Positions 8,823 through 17,577 of a stretch of 64,000 nt of DNA are shown here, in pieces (position 1 is the first letter of the stretch; each line of letters starts with the position of its first letter). This DNA is from a virus (lineage: Duplodnaviria > Caudoviricetes), in the IMG/VR virus record IMGVR_UViG_3300044624_003554, positions 11,566 to 75,565 of that record, one strand, 5' to 3'. Both the position numbers and the translations under genes were made by a program. The notes under the pieces are model-generated. The model was not told the origin of the DNA, searched no databases, and saw only the letters and a list, made by a program, of their open reading frames with translations.

Positions 8823-9884
8823 AAATTTTTGAACGAAAAATTGTTTATTTTTTTGAAACGCTTCTATTTCTGAGAAGCGATAAAAATGATTTGAGAAGTC
8901 GCTAGAAAGTCGTGCAATTTTATCTACTCTTGAACTATTCATGACAATAATTTCTTTTACGTAATCTTTCATTAAATCTAAAAGCTTTTTTCTATTCCAA
9001 ATTTGCTTGCATATTTTATATTCATTTAAAAATTCTCCAGCTTTTAATCTGTTTTCTGCCAAACCAATGTCTTTAATTCTTTTTGTGATAAAGTCATACT
9101 CTTTTAATCCAGTCATTTGAAGCTCAAATACAAGATTTGTTAAATCAAAAAATGGACTTCCTACAAACGCATTTTCAAAATTAATAAATTTAAAAGAATT
9201 GTCATTGTTTATAATTGTGCTCAAATCTAGATTTCCATGTACTAATTTTTTTAGCTTTAAAGAGTTTTCATTTTTTTCAAAAATAGACATCATTTCAAAA
9301 AATATTTCTCCATACATATTTTTTGCAAATTCAAATTCATCTTCTTCTCCAGAGTCAACATAAGATAAAATATTTTCAAAATTAATATTTTGATATTCTA
9401 AATAAGATCTGGTATCGTCTAAATGTGGCCAAACTTCTTTAGGAGGCTCATAAAAATGCATTCTGGAAATTACTTTATTAAAATAATTATATTGATCGTC
9501 TAGAATTGCAGAACCTCCAAGATTTAATAAATTTTCTGAATATTCAAATGTCTGAATTGTATAATAAATAGTTTTGCCATATTCGATTTCGTTTCTATCT
9601 ACTGCTTGAGGTGCTATTTCTAAATGCTCAATCCCCTTCAAAATCATAAAATCATAAAAAATTGGAACTTGATCAAAAGAAATTTTCAAACAGAAACCTT
9701 TATCGAAAATTTCGACTAAAAAAGAATCATAGTCGTCATTTTCATCTATTAATTTTATTTTTGTAACTAGCTTTTCGCCATGCCTCGCAAATATAAGTTT
9801 TATTAAACTTTCCTGAGAACCAGAAACAAAGTCAGCTCTTGGGATTAAAAAAGATCTTTGGTTTAAAGCTGTAGTTATGTTCAT
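8799..9884 (-). CDS. APH/choline-kinase-fold protein with substituted catalytic Asp residues (pseudokinase)
   Basis: KLVHGNLDLSTII...FINFENAFVGSPFFDL aligns to the HGDLxxxNI...IDFExAxxGxPxxDL pattern. Likely start is ATG 9884. Confidence 0.65.
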   Translation of the reverse strand: MNITTALNQRSFLIPRADFVSGSQESLIKLIFARHGEKLVTKIKLIDENDDYDSFLVEIFDKGFCLKISFDQVPIFYDFMILKGIEHLEIAPQAVDRNEIEYGKTIYYTIQTFEYSENLLNLGGSAILDDQYNYFNKVISRMHFYEPPKEVWPHLDDTRSYLEYQNINFENILSYVDSGEEDEFEFAKNMYGEIFFEMMSIFEKNENSLKLKKLVHGNLDLSTIINNDNSFKFINFENAFVGSPFFDLTNLVFELQMTGLKEYDFITKRIKDIGLAENRLKAGEFLNEYKICKQIWNRKKLLDLMKDYVKEIIVMNSSRVDKIARLSSDFSNHFYRFSEIEAFQKNKQFFVQKFSELILNK

Positions 9885-9906
9885 AGTATCTATTACATTA
9901 TAAAAT

Positions 9907-9945
9907 AAAAACCCCGCCAAGTAAACTTAGCGGGGTTTATTTTTA
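9907..9945. terminator. Rho-independent terminator
   Basis: aaaaaccccgccaag-taaa-cttagcggggtttattttt. Confidence 0.85.
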
Positions 9946-9960
9946 ACTAAATGTCTGAAA

Positions 9961-10179
9961 TTAGACAGTTGCCGCAGTCACATTAGTCTTAAGAAGACGA
10001 CGATTGCGAGCTTGATTGCGATCATAAACTACCAAATATCGATCAGACTGACTGCGATATTGAGCGTTAATGCGCTCGCCGTTCTGCAGGGTTACTCCAA
10101 AAAAACGACCTGCGGTATTTGCAATGCGATCAAATAGAGCTGTCGTTCTTTTGCTAGTTGTAGTATTTCTGGTTCTCAT
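9961..10179 (-). CDS. Small basic hypothetical protein (72 aa)
   Basis: Arg-rich with a GRFFGVTL motif; has its own promoter and terminator. Confidence 0.6.
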   Translation of the reverse strand: MRTRNTTTSKRTTALFDRIANTAGRFFGVTLQNGERINAQYRSQSDRYLVVYDRNQARNRRLLKTNVTAATV

Positions 10180-10188
10180 ATACAAAAG

Positions 10189-10217
10189 ATACTACAAGAA
10201 GCATATGTCATTGTCAA
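10189..10217 (-). promoter_or_regulatory. Sigma70-type promoter
   Basis: TTGACA-17 nt-TAGTAT, 9 nt before ATG 10179, lying inside the 3' end of the Clp gene. Confidence 0.7.
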
Positions 10218-12603
10218 CTAATTTTAGAGAAATTTTGCTTAAATTTTGATTGGATACCAAAAATTTACAAAGGGGCAATTCAAAATTATTTTTTAATATT
10301 TTCTGAACAGATCTTGCATTATTGCCATCCTTTTCTATTAAAGAATATAAGTGATTTTTAATTTCAGTTGATGTTTCAAGTTTTATATCCTTGTTGTTTA
10401 AAGAATTCTGTATTTCAGATATAGTTTCCGAAATCATCTTTAATAAACCCTCTTTGGAAAATTTATTATTAAAAATTAAAATCTCATCAAGTCTTGATAT
10501 TAATTCTGGTTTAAATTGTCTTTTTACAGCCTTGTCGTAATCATTGTTTCTGTTTTCGGCTGATTGTGAGTTCACAAAGCCCATAGAACGCGCTGTTTCG
10601 GTTTCAGCACCAATATTGCCAGTCAATACGATTATGGTATTAGAAAAATCAATTTTGCGATTAAAATTATCAACAATAGATCCTTCATCCATAATCTTAA
10701 GCAGAATATTGACTACATCTGGATGAGCCTTTTCCACTTCATCAAAAAGAATCAGTGAAAATGGATTATTTCTGACGAATTCAGACAAAAGACCGCCCTC
10801 TTCATAGCCTACATAGCCTGCAGTTGCACCTATTAATTTGGATATTGAATTTTTATCCACATACTCGGCCATGTCTATTTGTAAGAACGAATTAGATTTA
10901 TTATAGAATTTTTCTGCTATAACTTTTGCAGTATATGTTTTCCCAACGCCCGTAGATCCAATGAATAAAAAATTAGCTATTGTTTTCCGATTTTTCTTGA
11001 TGCCAGCTTTTGCACAGAGAAGAACTTCGTAAATTTTATTTATAACTTCTGTTTGATCAAAGATTTTTGATTCAATTTCATCTTTGAGGGAAAGAAAATT
11101 GTCATTGCATTCGGATTTAATTTTATCTACATCTAATCCACTGATCTTGGAAAAGATTTCTAAAATATGATTTTCGTTAATATTAAAAATTGAATTGGCT
11201 GTTTTTTTAAGCCAAGCATTTCTTTTGGTTAGGAAATTTTTTAACATTTTTTCGCATTTATCTTTGTTTTCATTTAAAGATAAATCGAACTTTTCCATTG
11301 AATTTAAAATCTCGTCTTCTTTATTTTTAAGATTTTTAGGAACTTCAAACTTTTGAATTTTACCTTTAGCACCAATTCTATCCAATATATCAAACGCCTT
11401 ATCTGGAAATTTTCTATATGGCATATATTTTTCAGACAATGTAATTATCTTGTCAATGACTGAATCATCATAAGTGACACCATGAAATGTTTCATAAGAG
11501 TCTTTTGCCTTTCTGAGAATTTCAAATGTCTGTTTTTTATTTGGCTCTTCAATATTAATAACTTGAAACCTTCTATTTAAAGCAGAATCTTTTTCAAAAT
11601 ATTTTTTATATTCTGCTTGGGTTGTCGCTCCTATGCATTTGATTTCGCCTCTTGCGAGTGCAGGCTTAATCATGTTAGCTAAATCTAGAGAACCCTCAGT
11701 GGAGCCAGCCCCTACTATTGAATGAATTTCATCTATGAACAAAATAGACTGTCTATCTTCTTTAAGTTCTTCAATAAGACCTTTAAATCTTTCTTCAAAT
11801 TGCCCTCTATATTTTGTGCCAGCAACCATCAATCCAAGATCCAATGAGTAAATTTTGTATCCAGAAAAGAAAATTGGACAATCATTCGCATTGATTATCT
11901 GAGCTAACGCTTCTACAATTGCTGTTTTGCCTACTCCAGCTTCCCCAACTAATATTGCATTATTTTTAATTTTGCAAGATAGGATTTCTATCAATTTTGA
12001 AATTTCTTCATCCCTGCCTTCAATTTTAGATTCGTACTTTGAAACTGATTCATTTAAGTTGTGGCAATATTTAGTACAAAACATTTTTTCAGCTTTTTCT
12101 TCTGAAGAATTTTCATTGCCTTCTGTTTTACTGTCTGTTGAAGATTTTTCATTTGGGTCTAAAAGCCCAATTATAGCTTCTGCAACTTGATCTAATGGAA
12201 ATTCCTTAAAAATTAAAAATTTATTAATTATAGGGTCATTTTTAAGTATTGAATAAGTTAAATGCTCAATGCCTATAAATTCATGACCTAAACTTTTAGA
12301 TAGTTTAAAAGACGCCCTCAATGCATCTTCAATGTCTGAACTCCACCAATCTTCATTATTTTCTTTTAGAAAAAGATTTGGTTCAGCTATTGGAAGTTCC
12401 AACAATAATGATTTTTTTAACCCATCATTGTTTATTTTAAAATTTGAAAAAACTGCTTTTATTGGTAGAGATGCATGATCTATTATAGCACATAATATAT
12501 GAGCATTATTTATTTTCTTATGTTTGTATTTATTGCCTATCTCTATAGCTGACTCAATAACCTTCTTGACTCTAGGAACAAGATTATATTTTTCCATCTC
12601 CAT
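10192..12603 (-). CDS. clpC: ClpA/ClpC-like double AAA+ chaperone/protease ATPase subunit
   Basis: Clp_N repeats, Walker A GEAGVGKT and GSTGVGKT, Walker B FIDEIH and LFDEVEKAH, GYVGY pore loop, MGF ClpP-docking-type loop. Alternative start ATG 12597. Confidence 0.85.
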   Translation of the reverse strand: MEMEKYNLVPRVKKVIESAIEIGNKYKHKKINNAHILCAIIDHASLPIKAVFSNFKINNDGLKKSLLLELPIAEPNLFLKENNEDWWSSDIEDALRASFKLSKSLGHEFIGIEHLTYSILKNDPIINKFLIFKEFPLDQVAEAIIGLLDPNEKSSTDSKTEGNENSSEEKAEKMFCTKYCHNLNESVSKYESKIEGRDEEISKLIEILSCKIKNNAILVGEAGVGKTAIVEALAQIINANDCPIFFSGYKIYSLDLGLMVAGTKYRGQFEERFKGLIEELKEDRQSILFIDEIHSIVGAGSTEGSLDLANMIKPALARGEIKCIGATTQAEYKKYFEKDSALNRRFQVINIEEPNKKQTFEILRKAKDSYETFHGVTYDDSVIDKIITLSEKYMPYRKFPDKAFDILDRIGAKGKIQKFEVPKNLKNKEDEILNSMEKFDLSLNENKDKCEKMLKNFLTKRNAWLKKTANSIFNINENHILEIFSKISGLDVDKIKSECNDNFLSLKDEIESKIFDQTEVINKIYEVLLCAKAGIKKNRKTIANFLFIGSTGVGKTYTAKVIAEKFYNKSNSFLQIDMAEYVDKNSISKLIGATAGYVGYEEGGLLSEFVRNNPFSLILFDEVEKAHPDVVNILLKIMDEGSIVDNFNRKIDFSNTIIVLTGNIGAETETARSMGFVNSQSAENRNNDYDKAVKRQFKPELISRLDEILIFNNKFSKEGLLKMISETISEIQNSLNNKDIKLETSTEIKNHLYSLIEKDGNNARSVQKILKNNFELPLCKFLVSNQNLSKISLKLVDNDICFL

Positions 12604-12606
12604 ATT

Positions 12607-12612
12607 TTACAC
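12607..12612 (-). promoter_or_regulatory. GTGTAA motif
   Basis: 3 nt before ATG 12603 and 9 nt before ATG 12597. Confidence 0.4.
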
Positions 12613-15164
12613 TATTTCAATTCAGACAATTTCATATAAATCTTTTCATCCAAGATAAAAAGATTGTCCAAGAACATTGTATCATTTGATTTCCGTCCTG
12701 TCAATACAACTACGCTATCCTCTTTTGGAATCTTTCCCCCATTCTCAAAATACTGGGTCATTTTATTGTCTCTGCCATCCATTAACATACCAGTAATTGA
12801 CCCCAATTCATCCTGAAGATTTATTTTTAAATATTTATTTTGATTTCGACTAGTTCTCTTTTCAGCTTCTGAAACCCAACCCACAACCCTAATGTTTGAA
12901 TTGTTTTCAGTAGCTCTGAATTCTAAACTGCTAGTAAATCTTTTATCGTCAGAATCCTTAAATATGTCTCTAATGTTATAGGAATAACTGTAACCAAGAA
13001 GCTTTTTCTCAAAAAACCAATTTGCAAATTTATGATGTTTGATGTTTTTCTCATAGATCTCTTTGTATGGTTCATATTTTTTCTTAAACGTCTCAAATCT
13101 TTTGGGAGTCATAATTTTTTTATTATCATCTCCAATCATGTCTTTTGAAACAACATCTTTTATGGAATTAAGGATGTCATAATTATACTTTGAGCCAACG
13201 TTGACAAACTGTATTTTTTCTCTATCCGTTAAAATATTGAATGTCTGAGCCTCTAAAACAAGCCTACATCTATCTGTGGAAAGGCTATCTAAGGCTCCAG
13301 CTTGAATTAGTGCAGACAATGCTCCTATGTTTAAGCCAGACTCTTTTGCGGCAATAAATAAATCATATTTATTTGAAAAACTGTTCTGTCTAAAATCAAT
13401 CAGTGACTCTAGTACTTTTGTAGATATTCCCTTGATTGAGTTTAAGCCATATCTTATATCACGATTTTCAATTTTAAAATCAGAATCAGACTTAATTAAA
13501 TCTGGTGCAAGCAGCCTCATATCGAAATAAATAAGTTCTTTTGAGATCTTAGATATTTCTTCGTGCGGATCTGGTTCGTACTGAGTTGACTTAAGAAGGC
13601 TTAAAAAGAACTCTTTTGGATAATTGAATTTAAGATAAACAGTCCAAGCAGCAAGAATTGCATATGAAATACTATGCGATTTATTAAAACTATAATTGGC
13701 GCTGTCTTCTGCAACCTTCCAAAGAACATTGCCAATTTCTTCTGTCAAATTGTTTTCTTTTATTTTATCTTCAATTTTTTGTTTCCAAGCTTCGATTTGA
13801 TCGACTTTCTTTTTACCCACAATTCTTCTCAATTGTTCAGACTCATCCAATGTAAAACCAACCTTGACGGCCATTTTCATCAACTGTTCTTGATACAGTG
13901 GAATCCCTCCAGTGTAGGAAAGTTCTTCGTCAAAGAATGGATTAACGCTTTGAAAGTTTCCGCTTTCAATATAAGTCGCATAATTTTGCAAAAATTCCAA
14001 AGCTCCTGGTCGCGCAATCGCAACCACTGCAGATAGTTCTTCAAGACTTCTTGGTTTGACTTTTTGACAAACTCTAAAGTTTGTATCCGCTTCAATCTGA
14101 AATAATCCTTGTGGATTTTGAAGATCTTTTAAATGATCATAAATTAAATTTGAAGATAGATCAATATCCATCAAATTTACTCCAGTTTGTTTGCAGACAT
14201 CTTGCAATACGGATAAGGTTCTTAATCCAAGAATATCAAATTTAACCGTCAATTCTGATACGTTGTTCATATCGTATCCAGAAACCAAATCGCCATCTCC
14301 AGTTTTTTGAACTGGCATTAAATCTGTAAGTTCGTCATGTGAGATTGCGATACCTGAGGGATGCACCCCAGTATTTTTATTTAAGTTCTCAAGCTTTCTT
14401 GCTACAGCATAAACCGTTGGGTATGCATTACAGAATTCTCTAAACTTATCGCTATCTTGAAACGCTTGAGTAAGTGGAGCGACTTTCCCGAATTTCTTGG
14501 GAATAGATTCACTGACTTCATTAACTTTTGATTCTTCTAATTCTCCAACGATTTTGCCACATTCTTTAATACAGAGCTTTCCGCTCAATGTATTCATCGT
14601 AAGAATTTTGCACGTTTTACCTTTAAATTTGTTTTCGATATAAGCAATGACTTCCTTTCTTCTTTCATAACTAATATCGTTATCCACATCTGCAAGCAGA
14701 GACCCATCAAGAAAAGTAACACCATTATCAACAATTTTTCTTGCTCGGCTTTTGGAAACAAATCTTTCAAAAAATAATCCATATTTAATTGGGTCTACTT
14801 TTGTTACACCAATAAGATATAAAATTAAACTTCCTGCTGCACTGCCTCGTCCAGCACCAGTAGGAATTTCATTCTCATGACAATAATTTAAAATATCCCA
14901 GTTTAGTAGGATATAATCAATAAATCCAAGTTCTTCAAGAATAGTTAATTCTGTTTTTGCTCTATCGTAATATTCTTGCTTATTTTCAAATGAATCAATT
15001 TTTTTATCTTTAACTCCTTTAAATGCTAGTCGTCTCAAAAAGTCATAATTTGATATTGAGTTTGGCGCACTCAACATCTTGTAATATTTATCTTCAATTT
15101 TAATTTTTGGAAGAAGAACCCCAGCGGCAGTTGGGCTTTGATATTTTTGAAAGTCTGAAAACAT
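12612..15164 (-). CDS. dnaE: DNA polymerase III alpha (family C), catalytic core lacking the PHP domain
   Basis: GRGSAAGSL, ADVDND, GVHPSGI, KFDILGL, FNKSHS and a C-terminal OB-fold region. Confidence 0.92.
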   Translation of the reverse strand: MFSDFQKYQSPTAAGVLLPKIKIEDKYYKMLSAPNSISNYDFLRRLAFKGVKDKKIDSFENKQEYYDRAKTELTILEELGFIDYILLNWDILNYCHENEIPTGAGRGSAAGSLILYLIGVTKVDPIKYGLFFERFVSKSRARKIVDNGVTFLDGSLLADVDNDISYERRKEVIAYIENKFKGKTCKILTMNTLSGKLCIKECGKIVGELEESKVNEVSESIPKKFGKVAPLTQAFQDSDKFREFCNAYPTVYAVARKLENLNKNTGVHPSGIAISHDELTDLMPVQKTGDGDLVSGYDMNNVSELTVKFDILGLRTLSVLQDVCKQTGVNLMDIDLSSNLIYDHLKDLQNPQGLFQIEADTNFRVCQKVKPRSLEELSAVVAIARPGALEFLQNYATYIESGNFQSVNPFFDEELSYTGGIPLYQEQLMKMAVKVGFTLDESEQLRRIVGKKKVDQIEAWKQKIEDKIKENNLTEEIGNVLWKVAEDSANYSFNKSHSISYAILAAWTVYLKFNYPKEFFLSLLKSTQYEPDPHEEISKISKELIYFDMRLLAPDLIKSDSDFKIENRDIRYGLNSIKGISTKVLESLIDFRQNSFSNKYDLFIAAKESGLNIGALSALIQAGALDSLSTDRCRLVLEAQTFNILTDREKIQFVNVGSKYNYDILNSIKDVVSKDMIGDDNKKIMTPKRFETFKKKYEPYKEIYEKNIKHHKFANWFFEKKLLGYSYSYNIRDIFKDSDDKRFTSSLEFRATENNSNIRVVGWVSEAEKRTSRNQNKYLKINLQDELGSITGMLMDGRDNKMTQYFENGGKIPKEDSVVVLTGRKSNDTMFLDNLFILDEKIYMKLSELK

Positions 15165-15794
15165 TTAAATGTTAATTTCTTGTATTTGTTTTAAGAAGAT
15201 CTTGAATGTCATTTCAATATCGTAAAGAGCATTATGTAATTTTAATGGATCATGCTCAATCTCATACTGCTTTAATAGAGCAGCTTGACTTGTTTTAATC
15301 TTTTTATCCCGATGGGAAATGTATTTATACTGAGTTAGAATGTCACTTTTGTCAATATCTTTATTTCCCATAGCAATAGACATTGCCAATGCCCTAGTAT
15401 CTAAAATCCTATGAACGTAAGAGTAATCTGGATCTAAGTCGCAGCATTTTCTTAATACGTTTAAGATATAAACGTCAAAATTAAGTAAGTTTTGTCCGAC
15501 AATAATATAACTTGGATCGGTTATAACTGACCATAAATCTTTTAAAACTTTTAATGGATCTTCTGCTTTGGATTCATAATCGAATTGATTGAATCCAGTT
15601 ATTCTTGCGGCATCTGGACTGACGTTCAGATCGGACCATTTAACAAATCTATCGTTTTTAGATTTGATAGTTTTTCCTTGAGCCGTAATCCAAGAAATCT
15701 GCCAAGGTCTTGAGGAAACTAAATTAAGACCTTCGGTTTCAGTATCGAGGATTAAATACTTTTGATTAAATTTAAACCGTAGCAGGTCTTCCAT
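15165..15794 (-). CDS. DEDDh 3'-5' proofreading exonuclease (epsilon-like)
   Basis: ExoI LDTETEG, ExoII GQNLLNFD, ExoIII HNALYD. Likely start is ATG 15794. Confidence 0.88.
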   Translation of the reverse strand: MEDLLRFKFNQKYLILDTETEGLNLVSSRPWQISWITAQGKTIKSKNDRFVKWSDLNVSPDAARITGFNQFDYESKAEDPLKVLKDLWSVITDPSYIIVGQNLLNFDVYILNVLRKCCDLDPDYSYVHRILDTRALAMSIAMGNKDIDKSDILTQYKYISHRDKKIKTSQAALLKQYEIEHDPLKLHNALYDIEMTFKIFLKQIQEINI

Positions 15795-16542
15795 ATTTTT
15801 CACTTTCTTTTAAAAAGCTTTCCCAGCAAAATTCATCAGATCCAAAATGATTTAAATTTGGACTCGATAAAGACGACTCTTTTCCAAACGATCTATTGGT
15901 CAGACACTTGTAAGTTTGAAATGCAAAAACATCCTTTTTGCTCTTATAAAGAATTGTTTTTACTAAAACTGGATCTTTTGTTATTGAGTTTACTTGTCTT
16001 TCCAGCAGCGAATCAAAAGGTAGATGATTACGCTCGATGAAATAATGTGGCCTAGTGAAAACAAAATTAGGCAAACAAGTTCCAAATCCAAAGCTGTTGT
16101 TATGGATGTAAGAATCATAAAATGGAATTGCTAATTTTAAAGAACTATCATCCCATAGCTCCTGTAGTATTTTACAGTCAATATATCCAGAATGGTCGCA
16201 AAATGCTTTTGAATAAATTTTATTTAATAATTTGCATCCATTGTCGTTTTTTGCAAAAATAATAATCTTGTGTTTTGATTGCTCTTTCTTTTCATCAAGA
16301 ACATCATTGCAACAATTCATTCTTAATCCATAGATTAAATGTATGCCCATATTCTTGGTGGCTTTATGAGCTTCCAAGAAGCCAATCATCGAGTCTTCAA
16401 CTAAAACAAGTTGAGTTAAATTATTCTCTTTGGCAATCTGCAAGATTGAATCTGCCGCATCTTCATCTGGACAAGATTCTGGAGTATCTAACGTCAATAT
16501 GCTCTTGCCTATAGAGAAGTTTGACTTAAAGATTGGTATCAT
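15772..16542 (-). CDS. Stand-alone PHP domain of DnaE (metal ligands degenerate)
   Basis: FKSNFSIGKSIL, VEDSMIGF, IYGLRM and IIIFAKNDNGCKLLNKIYSKA align with the DnaE N-terminal PHP domain; the HxH motif is absent. Confidence 0.8.
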   Translation of the reverse strand: MIPIFKSNFSIGKSILTLDTPESCPDEDAADSILQIAKENNLTQLVLVEDSMIGFLEAHKATKNMGIHLIYGLRMNCCNDVLDEKKEQSKHKIIIFAKNDNGCKLLNKIYSKAFCDHSGYIDCKILQELWDDSSLKLAIPFYDSYIHNNSFGFGTCLPNFVFTRPHYFIERNHLPFDSLLERQVNSITKDPVLVKTILYKSKKDVFAFQTYKCLTNRSFGKESSLSSPNLNHFGSDEFCWESFLKESEKYGRPATV

Positions 16543-16548
16543 AGAGGC

Positions 16549-16576
16549 ATTATGAATGACGAATCTTAAATGTCAA
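16549..16576 (-). promoter_or_regulatory. Sigma70-type promoter, leaderless
   Basis: TTGACA-16-CATAAT, 6 nt before ATG 16542. Confidence 0.7.
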
Positions 16577-17577
16577 CGTTTTTTGTGAGCTGGACATCCT
16601 TCGTATTTAAAAAGAAAAAATTCATGATCTGGATATTTTTTTTCGTATTCTTTTTTTTCTTTAGTGAAACAAGAGTCTATAATTTTCCCGTCTTTTTTAA
16701 TTTGATAAAAATCAAAAGCAAATTTAGCTGGACAGAACCATTTGGGAGATCCATCCACTTTCTTTTCATCGGCAGATTTTGCATAACCGCATAGCAAGGG
16801 TCCGCCAAAAGAATTATCCTTTGGAAAGTCAGCTTTAGCTGCAAAATTTTTCATTGCAACTTTTTCATTAAAATTATCAAGATATTTTTGTATTGAAGTT
16901 AATTGATGTTCAAATCCCCTAAGCTCTTCATCTGAAACTGGAGGCATTTTTATTACCCCTTTTTCTGGAGAGAATTTCAAAAAAACAAATTCACTATAGA
17001 TCTTTTTAAGCTTTGGAAAAAGCTTTTTGACTGCAAGGGTATACATTAAATCTTGCAAATTATCGTCCAGATCTTTTCCTTTAAATACGTCCTTGCTTGA
17101 TTTAAAGTCTCTAATAATAGCTTTTTCATTTTTAATAAAAAGTTTGTCTATAAACCCTTTTGTTTTATAGGAGACTTGTCCGTCATTGACATCGAAATCA
17201 AAATCTCTTTCGGAAAAAGATTCATCTATATCTCCCATTGATTGTCCAAAAAAATCGTAATTTAATCCATTTAGTGTCATTTTCTTGATTAAATCAAGAT
17301 TTTCTGGATCGTCAACATTAGAGCTTTTTGCTTCTGTTAGGATGAGTTTTTTAACTTTAGCACTCGCAAAGACATCTTGTTTTTCTATGATTTTTTCATA
17401 GTTCTTTTTTTCTTTAGCGTCTCCAAGTAATTCAAAAACTAAATGGCATATAGTTCCTCTTTTTGCTCCATCATTACTTTTATCTGGAGCTTTAAGAACA
17501 TACTTAAACCAGTAAAGCCAGCTGCACGATTGAGCGGTTTTTATTCTACTTGCAGATAGCGTTACTCGTTCAGACAT
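16573..17577 (-). CDS. PD-(D/E)XK exonuclease (RecB/AddB/Cas4-like)
   Basis: LSASRIKTAQSC, GTICH, GFIDKL, IRDFKSS; N- and C-terminal Cys consistent with an Fe-S staple. Confidence 0.8.
   Translation of the reverse strand: MSERVTLSASRIKTAQSCSWLYWFKYVLKAPDKSNDGAKRGTICHLVFELLGDAKEKKNYEKIIEKQDVFASAKVKKLILTEAKSSNVDDPENLDLIKKMTLNGLNYDFFGQSMGDIDESFSERDFDFDVNDGQVSYKTKGFIDKLFIKNEKAIIRDFKSSKDVFKGKDLDDNLQDLMYTLAVKKLFPKLKKIYSEFVFLKFSPEKGVIKMPPVSDEELRGFEHQLTSIQKYLDNFNEKVAMKNFAAKADFPKDNSFGGPLLCGYAKSADEKKVDGSPKWFCPAKFAFDFYQIKKDGKIIDSCFTKEKKEYEKKYPDHEFFLFKYEGCPAHKKR

Noticed and set aside
15772-15830. Programmed frameshift fusing PHP to the exonuclease
   Set aside because: The T TTA AAA site would give a -1 shift that hits TGA within three codons; the exonuclease is in the +1 frame.
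12612-16542. Split intein joining the DnaE parts; inteins or introns in DnaB, RecA or RNR
   Set aside because: No C/S-start or HN-C/S/T-end splice motifs, and no large insertions are seen.
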